A stretch of 64,000 bases of DNA from an uncultured Spirochaetota bacterium. GTDB taxonomy: Bacteria > Spirochaetota > Brevinematia > Brevinematales > JAOACQ01. Position 1 is the first letter of the stretch; every line of letters begins with the position of its first letter. The stretch spans positions 64,001-128,000 of the forward strand of contig CAWIGG010000003.1 in NCBI GenBank assembly GCA_963835575.1. The letters run 5' to 3'. Shown here one piece after another: positions 55,881 through 64,000 of the stretch. The position numbers and the translations under genes were made by a program. The notes beneath the pieces were generated by a model. It searched no databases. It had not been told where the DNA came from and worked only from the letters and a program-made list of their open reading frames with translations.

Positions 55881-57584
55881 ATGAAAAAAATAGCCGAAAA
55901 ATACTCTATATTGCTTATTCCTTTCTTTTCAATCCTTGCCGGCTTCACAATTTTTTTCCGGGACGGCTGGCCGGATAATCACGATGGAAATGCCATTTTT
56001 ACGAGGGGCAAAATCTTTTTTGATCTTATAGTAAATCATCATAACCTGTTCCCGATGTGGACCGTTTATGGGAATCATGGACTGGGCTCGCCTATGCCTT
56101 TTTTTTATCACCGTTTATACTATTACCTGATAAGTTTCATCAATCTGGGGTTTGATGACATCCTGCTGTCCGTTAAATTATCCATTCCATTATTGCTTTT
56201 GGCTGGAGGAACAGCTGTTTACCTGCTGATCAAGAAAATATTCGACAATAAACTGTACGGCATCATCGGAAGCGGCCTGTATATTTTTTCAAATTACCTC
56301 TATACAGACTGGCTGGTGCGCGGGGCCGCGGCCGAATTCACGGCGCTGATCATCATTCCCTGGATTCTCCTGGGCTTCCTGCAGATCGCCGGCGGCTTTA
56401 AGAAGCGCTATTTTCTTCTGCTGGGTTTTTATTTCTCATTATTGATGTACGCGCATTCCCTTATCTTTATTTTCTCTTTTTTTCTATGGATTTTCTTCTT
56501 TATCGCGTACCGGAAGGAATGGAAAAAGTTTTTCCCCGGCCTCCTGTTGTTCCTGCTGCCGGTCATTTTGATCGATCTTCCATTCATCATCCCCTATTAC
56601 CGCCTGATTGACCGGTTCAATTTAAAAATCGCGGCAACCATTTTTCAGGTAAAAAACAGTTTTGTTCAATTTTCGCGGTATCTGTTTGACGATTGGTACA
56701 TTATCGGCGCGAACCGGGAAAATTTTTCTGTCGAAATAAGCCGGTTTTATTTTATACCATTGTTTTTATTTTCCCTGTTCTGCATCATAAAATCAAAAAA
56801 AGCTTTTCCGGTTCAACTCAAAGATATTTATAAAGATCATTATATCCGGTTCACAGCTTTTGCCCTTTTATTTTATCTGGTCCTTCAAATGAATTTTTCA
56901 CTGCCCTTTTACCAATTGATCCCCTTTTTAAATTATATCCAGTTCCCATGGAGGCTTCTCAGCATTATAACGCCTTTGTCCGTGATCCTGTTTTTTTATT
57001 ATATTCCGTCGGCTGCCGGATTAATGATAAAAAATAATCGGAATTTTATCACTCTCATTGTTATGCTGTTCATACTGCTTCTTCAGATTTTCTGGGTTGG
57101 AGGAAATTCTCAATTTTACAGATATTTAACAATCCCGGGGAAGGAACTTCGTGAAAAGATGATGGATGAAAACCTGGATGAAAACAGCACTTGGGCCGAA
57201 TACCAGCCGGTCCCTTTTCATAAAAAAGATGTCAAATCCCTGATAGAAAATCATGGCTGTAAAATTTTATATATCAATACCCCGGAACTTTTAACCGGAT
57301 CAAGGGAATTTGACAAAATCATTATCAGATTGAACAAAAATCAAACAGGAACAATTGTGCTTAATCAATTAAAAAGTCCATTTCTCACGTTAAAATGCCC
57401 GCCGAATATTGATATACGCGAAGGCCCCTGCAGGGAAATTATTTTCTCCGTCAGCAGCATCAGCGATGAAAGCACTATTGAAATCGGCAAAACCAGTTTA
57501 ATAGATCTTTGTCTGAATAAAGGGCAGTTCCAAAATCTATGTTGGAAATATCTGATTGATTTTGAGTTTTTGGAACTGCCCTAA
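55881..57584 (+). CDS. Polytopic membrane protein, GT-C-like (6-pyruvoyl-tetrahydropterin synthase-related/YfhO-like)
   Basis: HD, FP.W, G.G.P..FFY, RGA.AE and IQFPWRLL motifs; many TM segments. Confidence 0.75.
   Translation: MKKIAEKYSILLIPFFSILAGFTIFFRDGWPDNHDGNAIFTRGKIFFDLIVNHHNLFPMWTVYGNHGLGSPMPFFYHRLYYYLISFINLGFDDILLSVKLSIPLLLLAGGTAVYLLIKKIFDNKLYGIIGSGLYIFSNYLYTDWLVRGAAAEFTALIIIPWILLGFLQIAGGFKKRYFLLLGFYFSLLMYAHSLIFIFSFFLWIFFFIAYRKEWKKFFPGLLLFLLPVILIDLPFIIPYYRLIDRFNLKIAATIFQVKNSFVQFSRYLFDDWYIIGANRENFSVEISRFYFIPLFLFSLFCIIKSKKAFPVQLKDIYKDHYIRFTAFALLFYLVLQMNFSLPFYQLIPFLNYIQFPWRLLSIITPLSVILFFYYIPSAAGLMIKNNRNFITLIVMLFILLLQIFWVGGNSQFYRYLTIPGKELREKMMDENLDENSTWAEYQPVPFHKKDVKSLIENHGCKILYINTPELLTGSREFDKIIIRLNKNQTGTIVLNQLKSPFLTLKCPPNIDIREGPCREIIFSVSSISDESTIEIGKTSLIDLCLNKGQFQNLCWKYLIDFEFLELP
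57522..57581. mobile_element. IS5-like MITE inserted in the 3' end of a CDS
   Basis: GGGCAGTTCCAAAA...TTTTGGAACTGCCC flanked by TAAA on both sides. Confidence 0.8.
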
Positions 57585-57689
57585 ATATTAAAAAGAGCGG
57601 CGGGCCGTCCTCATTTAAGCGGTTTATTTTTTTAATATATGCCCATTTAATCTCTCCTTGTTTTTTTCAGTTTATGGTATTATAATTAA

Positions 57690-57729
57690 GGGTAATTCTA
57701 AAAACCTATATAAGTTTTTGGAACTACCC
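57690..57729. mobile_element. Degenerate IS5-like MITE
   Basis: gggtaattctaaaaac-ctatataa-gtttttggaactaccc. Confidence 0.6.
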
Positions 57730-57763
57730 GGTTATAAATAACTTTTTGGATAATGTGAAAGAC

Positions 57764-57899
57764 GCTGCCGCAAGGAGTTAAACGCACTTTTACTCAATTC
57801 AGCAATACTTGCGGAGGCGCGCTGAATTTTTTTCCGCGCGCAGACGCTTAGTATTGCTTTGAGTAAAAGTGCGTAAAGCATAGCGAACTCAGCGGCAGC
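57764..57899. repeat. Long multi-stem hairpin (136 nt)
   Basis: gctgccgc/gcggcagc; gagtt/aactc; acgcacttttactcaa/ttgagtaaaagtgcgt; agcaatact/agtattgct; gcgcg/cgcgc. Confidence 0.88.
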
Positions 57900-58060
57900 A
57901 TGATCTAAAACAAAGTCGATAATTCTAAAAACCATAATATCAGTACGGTTTGGTACCGAAAACTCAAGTTTAACTCGCCGCTTTCAGCTTTCAGTTCCAT
58001 AAAACCGATATAAAAACAAGTTTTTAGAAACGCTAAAATATCAATAATTCGGGGACAAGC

Positions 58061-60934
58061 ATGAGAATCCGTTTGATAATTCTTTTCATATTATTTCAAT
58101 CTGCCATCATGTATTCCATGAATTCAGACGCCCAGAGGTATTTCAATTCGGGAAAGGCCTCATTCAACGACGGGGCTTACTCAATGGCGATCACCCTTTT
58201 TCAGAAAGCGGTGATGAGCGACCCTGAAGGCGAGCTCGCCGACGACGCTTCCTATTATATAGGGCTCTGTTATTATCAGGAAGGCGAATATGAACAGGCC
58301 ATCCAGACCTTCCTGAAATTTTTAAATGATTACACCGATTCGCTTTTTAAGGAAAAATCGACATTCATCATAGGCAATTCTTATTTTAAACTCAAAAGCT
58401 ATGAAAAGGCCGTGCAGAAACTCAGGCTTTTTATTAAATCCTATCCGGACTCCAGGCTCAATCCGAACGCGCATTACCTGATCGCCTACAGCCTTCTTTT
58501 AACCGGCAAGTTTGATGAGGCTGTCGATGAATACAGCCTGATCGTGAAATCCTATCCTTCTTCGGATTACACGGAGGAAAGCCTGATGCGTCTGGGCGAG
58601 GCTTATTTTTATGATAAGGACATCAATAAGGCAGTCAGCACATTAAAGAATTTCCCGCAGAAATACCCTTCTTCCCCATTCAGGGACGAAGCCGATTTCT
58701 TTCTGGCAAGAAGCCTTTATCAGAATAATGATATGGAAAACGCCGCCGTTATTTTTGCCAGGCTTTCAGCCGCGACAAATTTCAGCTTCAGGCCTGATGC
58801 CCTGTATTATGCTTCCATGATCTTTATCAAACAGGATAATTTTAATGAATCGGTAAAGTACCTGTCCGCGCTCGCCCAGATCGAAAATAGCGATTATCAT
58901 GACGAGGCGCTCTATAAGCTGGGCCTGCTCTATAAATTACAGGAAGATTATCCTTCAGCCATTAAATATTTCCTCCAGCTTACATCCGGCAATAAAAACC
59001 CGGAATACATTCAAAAAGGATACCTGGAGCTGGCATCCTGTTATATCATCCAGGAAAATTACGCGGATGCCATTAAGGTTTATGAAAAAATAGCCGCACT
59101 GGGAGGGGAAAATACCGCCCTGTCGCTTTCAAAAATGGCGGAACTGAAATTTACAAAAAAGGAATATGACGGGGCCATTGACGATTTCACAAAGCTTCAG
59201 AAACAATTCCCCGACACGGAATACGGTAAAACAGCGCTGTACTGGACCGGAAGGTGTTACCTTGAAGAAAGCAGGTATAAAGATGCCATAACTTTCTTTG
59301 AAAATTATATCCAAAGCGAGCCGCTTTCAGAGAAAAGCGATGAGATCAATCTTTTCATCGGTAATGCTTATGCCGGGATGGGAGATTATGACACGGCGCT
59401 GACCGCTTATGAAAAAGTCCTGAAAAAGCCCGATTCGCCCCAGGCAGACGAAACTCTTAACGCCGAAGCCTGGGTTTATGTAAAAAAGGATGAATACAGC
59501 CGCGCGGCCGATTTATATAAAAAGTTGATCAATACTTATCCCAAAAGCCCTCTGGTCCCTCTCGCCTATTACAGCCTGGGCATTATTAAGTATAATCTCA
59601 AGGATTACGGCCCGGCCATGGAGTATTTTAAAAAAGTGACCGCTGATTATAAAAATTCCTCCTACACAGGAGATGCTTCATTAAAGATCGGCTGGATTTA
59701 TTATAAGCAGGAAAATTTTGAGAATCTGGCAGACTATCTTTCGGCTATAGAAATTAATTCTTTTACGGCCGAACAGAAAGCGGAAGTTTTCAATCTGCTG
59801 GGATGGGCAAAATTCCGGCTGAAATTTTACAACGAGGCGGCCGGCTGCTTCAAAAATTCAATGGACCTGACGCATGATAAAACTAAAATCCTGGAAAATC
59901 AGCTTTATATCGCCAAATCCTATTATAATATGGAAGATTACACCAATTCAATCCAGAGCTATAGAAAATACATCGAAAAAGCGAACGCGTTCGGCATGAA
60001 GGATGATATACCCGCGGCCCTTTCCGATATGGCCTGGTGCTATATTAAAACCGGAGACAATCAAAATGCGGCTGATATCTTTCAGAATTTAATAAAAGCC
60101 TATCCGAAAAGCCCCTATACATCGGAAGCGTTGTTCAAACTCGCGGAATATTACTATAACCAGTCCGATTTTAAAAAAGCGATAGAAAACTATGAAAAAA
60201 TCATCTCTTTATCCAGAGAAGGGGATTTTTCCTCCTCATCCCTCTATTGGATGGCATGGTCTTATTATAATCTGAGCGATAAAATCAACGCGGTAAAAAT
60301 TTTCGAACAATATATTACTCAGTTCCCGAAAGGCGATTATGCTTCGGACTCACTGCTGCGGGCCGCCAATATATACTACGACCTCAATAATTATGACAAG
60401 GCGAAAATTTACTACCAGAAACTCCTGTCCCAGTTCCCGGATTCGCCGGACGCCGAAAAAGCCGGGATCCAGCTTTCGGAAATCAAGCTGAAGGTTGAAA
60501 GCGGCGGCAATGAGGAAAAACTTTACCAGATGCTCATCGAAAAGAGCAAAACACCGCAGGCCAAGGCATCGGCAATGTACAAACTGGCCATGGTCTATAA
60601 AAGGAACGGCAAAACCGGCGACGCGAACAAACTCTTCAATGATATTATCAAGATATCGACGGATGATGAAGCCGCGCTCGCCACATATGAGCTGGCCGAG
60701 GATAATTCCGATAAAGGCAGCTATGAAGAGGCCATCAAGCAGTATGGAAGCATTTTTTATGTCTATAAATACGCCGATATATACCCTCAAAGCCTCTATG
60801 GAATTTCCTACTGCTATTATAAGACCGGAAATAACGATGCCGCAAATCAATATCTGAAGAAGATTATTGAAAAATATCCGGCCACTCCCTGGGCTGATAA
60901 AGCGAAAGATTTACTGAAAGAAATGAGTAAATAA
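58061..60934 (+). CDS. Exported long TPR-repeat protein (CpoB/BamD-like repeats)
   Basis: Signal peptide; more than 20 TPR-like units with recurring YP.S...A.Y..G pattern. Confidence 0.88.
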   Translation: MRIRLIILFILFQSAIMYSMNSDAQRYFNSGKASFNDGAYSMAITLFQKAVMSDPEGELADDASYYIGLCYYQEGEYEQAIQTFLKFLNDYTDSLFKEKSTFIIGNSYFKLKSYEKAVQKLRLFIKSYPDSRLNPNAHYLIAYSLLLTGKFDEAVDEYSLIVKSYPSSDYTEESLMRLGEAYFYDKDINKAVSTLKNFPQKYPSSPFRDEADFFLARSLYQNNDMENAAVIFARLSAATNFSFRPDALYYASMIFIKQDNFNESVKYLSALAQIENSDYHDEALYKLGLLYKLQEDYPSAIKYFLQLTSGNKNPEYIQKGYLELASCYIIQENYADAIKVYEKIAALGGENTALSLSKMAELKFTKKEYDGAIDDFTKLQKQFPDTEYGKTALYWTGRCYLEESRYKDAITFFENYIQSEPLSEKSDEINLFIGNAYAGMGDYDTALTAYEKVLKKPDSPQADETLNAEAWVYVKKDEYSRAADLYKKLINTYPKSPLVPLAYYSLGIIKYNLKDYGPAMEYFKKVTADYKNSSYTGDASLKIGWIYYKQENFENLADYLSAIEINSFTAEQKAEVFNLLGWAKFRLKFYNEAAGCFKNSMDLTHDKTKILENQLYIAKSYYNMEDYTNSIQSYRKYIEKANAFGMKDDIPAALSDMAWCYIKTGDNQNAADIFQNLIKAYPKSPYTSEALFKLAEYYYNQSDFKKAIENYEKIISLSREGDFSSSSLYWMAWSYYNLSDKINAVKIFEQYITQFPKGDYASDSLLRAANIYYDLNNYDKAKIYYQKLLSQFPDSPDAEKAGIQLSEIKLKVESGGNEEKLYQMLIEKSKTPQAKASAMYKLAMVYKRNGKTGDANKLFNDIIKISTDDEAALATYELAEDNSDKGSYEEAIKQYGSIFYVYKYADIYPQSLYGISYCYYKTGNNDAANQYLKKIIEKYPATPWADKAKDLLKEMSK

Positions 60935-61030
60935 AGATATACCGGCGTTTTATGCAAATACTACCAACTGTAACCCTATTTTCCGGACTTTTTTTTAAAG
61001 AGTCATTCTAATATCAATCTTATGAGTTGT

Positions 61031-61316
61031 AACCACAGACGCCGTGGTGAGCTTGTCGAACCATTACACTGATTTCACAGATATTTCATATAAAATCCAT
61101 ATGGAATTATAGCAGAAATAAAATATTTCTGTTTTTTAATACTAAAAAAAACTAATTGGAAATGGCTTGCCGCGCCAATAATTTAATATGTTAGCGGATC
61201 GTTCTTCGTTTCTATTTCCATATTCATAATTATAATATGATTTCACTGGCTTGCAGAGCGCCTCCCGTTTCTATTCTTTGAAATATTAATCTGTGTATTC
61301 TGTGAAATCTGTGGTT
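61031..61316. repeat. Tandem-inverted-repeat element (CACAGAT type) with a REP in the left arm and a gene relic inside
   Basis: aaccacaga[cgccgtggtgagcttgtcgaacca]ttacactgatttcacagat / atctgtgtattctgtgaaatctgtggtt (61289-61316). Confidence 0.9.
61168..61227 (-). pseudogene. N-terminal relic of a GxxExxY (PD-(D/E)XK-type) protein gene
   Basis: Minus strand reads MNMEIETKNDPLTY*IIGAA, matching the typical GxxExxY start D.LTY.IIGAA..VH. Confidence 0.6.
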
Positions 61317-61474
61317 CCGCTCCGTCGTTCCTACTCTATCAAACAGTTAAACATAGCTATGTTAATAAAAGAATTTTTACTACGAATTATTGATAATTTT
61401 TTTTTTTGGTATATGATTATTAAAGCCTCGTCATGAGGAATAATAAAATATTACCTTTCAACCAGGAGTGATAT

Positions 61475-62944
61475 ATGGGCAAACTCTATGATTCACTGCC
61501 GGACAGTTTTATGAAGAAAGTCCTCAAGGATGAGGACCCGGAAGTAGTAGAACATTTGCTCACAGTCAAAGCGCAATTCGAAAAAGAAACCGATAAAGAC
61601 AGCAAAGTGGCCTTTAAAGAAAGGCTCACAACCTCTTTCTGGAATCTCTATACAAAAATCGGCCAGAGGCTGACTGACAAATCGCCCAAGGAAAAAAGGC
61701 TCTTTCTGCGTTTCGGCCTTCTTGATCTTAAATATCTTTCAACCGAAGAGCAGCAGCTTATCCTATCGCAGCCTTTTGAAGAGAAAGACGCGGAGAGCAC
61801 CATTTTTTATGTCGATGAATGGATCCTGGCCATATTAAAAGGCCAGATCAAACCGAGCGTCACTGACGAGGCGTCATTCAAGAAGTCCGCTAAAAATATG
61901 GATGCCGCCCAGCAGGTTAAATTCGAAAGAACGGCCGGACTGCTTGAGGCGAATAAAAAAAGCTATTTTAACGCCGTCGAGAGGCGTAAGGTTCAGGAAG
62001 ACGCCCTGCTTTCTCTTTCCAGCATGGTCTGCATGCATCAGGTCGATCCCCTTTTTAATACTTCTGAAACTTATTCCGAAGAACAGCTGAAAAAGATGGA
62101 TGAAATCGGCGATATTCTAAGAGACCTGAAAAAGATTGACAGGGAAATGAATGTCGCGAAAAAATCCTATTACGATAGTTTTGAAGATCAGAAAGAACTG
62201 GAAGCCCAGATCAGCGAAAGTAAAGGCAGGGAAACCAATACGGTCTACGCGGTGGATTCCCATACCGCCGAAAGCGAAATCGGCGCTCTCCGCCAGATGA
62301 CAAAAATGTGTATCGGCAGGCAGGGGAACCATTTTCCCATCCTTCTGGGCGCCTTTATACCCAGGGACACTCTGGAATATAATTTCAAAGGCAACGCCTA
62401 TAGAAGGCTGAAAGAAATCGATACCATGGATTATTCCATATTCGAAAGGACTTTCCGCCAGCAGACTCACCGCATACCGCCTTACATCATATTAACTCCG
62501 GGATATGGAAATTACGGGATCTGCTGGGAACCTTATGACAAATACAACAAAGCATCCAGTAAGGGGAGAATTGCAGTCCCTATTTTTTCAAAGAATCCCA
62601 AGCTCTCTTTGGTTGTCGCTCTGGGCGACTTCCGCTGGCAGGTCGCAAAAGAGATGGCCGGATACCACTGGATGGATGAAGGTTTGACCGCCAGGTATTA
62701 TACCTATCTGGACACCAATAAAATTAAAGGCGATATCAAGACCCATTTTATCAATGATTACGCCCTCTGGATCATCAAGGAAGGCGAAGGGATCCAGAAA
62801 CTTGATAACCAGGATGTCCGCTATATCTTCTGGCGCTTTGTTCCGTTTCCCGATAAATTAAAGGAAGAACTCTCCAGCCGCGGATTTTATTACAGCGATC
62901 TCTATAAGAAAGAATTAAGCTATAGAATGTCCAAAGGCTATTAA
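61475..62944 (+). CDS. Conserved hypothetical protein with a central coiled coil
   Basis: RBS AGGAG; motifs MCIGRQGNHFPIL, PYIILTPGYG..GICWEP and FINDY.LWI; immediately upstream of recG. Confidence 0.75.
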   Translation: MGKLYDSLPDSFMKKVLKDEDPEVVEHLLTVKAQFEKETDKDSKVAFKERLTTSFWNLYTKIGQRLTDKSPKEKRLFLRFGLLDLKYLSTEEQQLILSQPFEEKDAESTIFYVDEWILAILKGQIKPSVTDEASFKKSAKNMDAAQQVKFERTAGLLEANKKSYFNAVERRKVQEDALLSLSSMVCMHQVDPLFNTSETYSEEQLKKMDEIGDILRDLKKIDREMNVAKKSYYDSFEDQKELEAQISESKGRETNTVYAVDSHTAESEIGALRQMTKMCIGRQGNHFPILLGAFIPRDTLEYNFKGNAYRRLKEIDTMDYSIFERTFRQQTHRIPPYIILTPGYGNYGICWEPYDKYNKASSKGRIAVPIFSKNPKLSLVVALGDFRWQVAKEMAGYHWMDEGLTARYYTYLDTNKIKGDIKTHFINDYALWIIKEGEGIQKLDNQDVRYIFWRFVPFPDKLKEELSSRGFYYSDLYKKELSYRMSKGY

Positions 62945-62947
62945 GAG

Positions 62948-64000
62948 ATGTTTCTTAATGAGCTTAAAAAACAACCAATCGAGAATTTAAATATCCTGAC
63001 AAAACGGCAGGTTTTTCTGCTGCATAAGCTCGGGCTTTTATCGGCCTGTGATATTTTTAATTACTTTCCTTTCCGTTATGACGACCGCTCCTCCATTGAG
63101 TCGATCCAGGCCGGCATCCTCAATAATAAACCTGTCGCGATTCTGGCCACGGTGATAGAGCACAGCTTTATCTTTTTTAACAGGAGACGCCACCCGAAAA
63201 TATTGATCCAGGATGAAACAACCCGCGCCTGGCTGATAGGCTTCAACCGCGAGTATTTAAAAAAGTCCCTGAAAGTCGGCGGGAAATACTGGATTTACGC
63301 CCAGTTCGTTTATAAGTATAATGAGATCCAGAGCGCGAATTTCGATTTTGAAGAATACAGGGAAGATGAAAAGCCGAAAAATTTCGGGTTTATTCTTCCA
63401 GTTTACAAATTGACCGAAAATCTTTATCTTAAAGAACTCAGAGGGATTGTCAAAAAAATATTCGGCCAATTTATGGATAAAATAGATGATGATATTCCTG
63501 ATTATATTTTAAAAACCCACAATCTGATCACAAAAAAAGAGGCCCTTAATTCCATTCACTTTCCTCAAGACGAAGCCGTTCTTAAAAAAGCAAAGCTCAG
63601 GCTGGCTTATGAAGAGTTTTTTGCCATACAGCTCGCCGTTCTGATGAAAAAAAGAAATATTCAGGGGTCTTCCAAGCCCTTTTCATATTCCAAAAGATCA
63701 AAGCTTGAGGCTTTTATAAAAAACCTTCCCTATCAGCTCACAAATGCCCAGAAACGGGTCATCAATGAAATGATAGAAAATATGAACTCCAGAACGCCGA
63801 TGCACAGGCTCCTTCAGGGCGATGTGGGCAGCGGAAAAACGACAGCGGCCCTGGCCGGAATGATCTACGCGGCCGAGAACTCGCTTCAAAGCGCGCTTAT
63901 GGTTCCCACGGAAGTCCTGGCAATCCAGCATTATCATAACATCAAGCCTTATCTGGACAATCTGGGGATCACTTCAGTCCTTCTTACGGGCAGCATTCAG
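62948..64000 (+). CDS. recG: ATP-dependent DNA helicase RecG (partial, runs off the window)
   Basis: Hand translation from ATG 62948: YFPFRYDDRS, HFP, RLAYEEF, LPYQLTNAQ, MHRLLQGDVGSGKT, MVPTEVLA.QH. Confidence 0.96.
   Translation, partial: MFLNELKKQPIENLNILTKRQVFLLHKLGLLSACDIFNYFPFRYDDRSSIESIQAGILNNKPVAILATVIEHSFIFFNRRRHPKILIQDETTRAWLIGFNREYLKKSLKVGGKYWIYAQFVYKYNEIQSANFDFEEYREDEKPKNFGFILPVYKLTENLYLKELRGIVKKIFGQFMDKIDDDIPDYILKTHNLITKKEALNSIHFPQDEAVLKKAKLRLAYEEFFAIQLAVLMKKRNIQGSSKPFSYSKRSKLEAFIKNLPYQLTNAQKRVINEMIENMNSRTPMHRLLQGDVGSGKTTAALAGMIYAAENSLQSALMVPTEVLAIQHYHNIKPYLDNLGITSVLLTGSIQ

Noticed and set aside
57732..57935. 67-aa minus-strand ORF
   Set aside because: Coincides with the long hairpin; no RBS or family features.

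Overview
Bacterial chromosome segment, probably from a spirochaete. This is an inference from the clade-X ATP-PFK, the LacI-sensor/GGDEF architecture, the many TPR and beta-barrel proteins and the conserved protein next to recG. It carries housekeeping genes (split transketolase, tsaE, mtnP, pgi, pyk, dusB, pdxJ, ispD, secG, apt, rsmE, hisE, leuB, pfkA, malic enzyme, partial recG) and an anaerobe-type oxidative-stress set (rubrerythrin, desulfoferrodoxin, flavodiiron protein, flavin reductase-rubredoxin). It also has an ECF sigma/anti-sigma pair, a 2910-aa cyclic beta-1,2-glucan synthase-like gene, one intact IS5-family element and several decayed genes. The most striking structure is non-coding. 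Most of the larger intergenic gaps hold palindromic micro-elements of several families, often nested inside each other. About a dozen consist of short tandem repeats (7-10 bp period) arranged as inverted arms around a variable AT-rich spacer. One spacer holds a recognisable dead N-terminus of a GxxExxY (PD-(D/E)XK-type) nuclease gene, several hold weaker C-terminal traces, and one arm pair encloses an intact, very AT-rich gene. I interpret these as a family of hairpin-bounded nuclease cassettes that insert, nest, decay and can carry cargo (inference). No rRNA, tRNA or CRISPR array was recognised. All family assignments come from motif recognition by eye; no searches were run.
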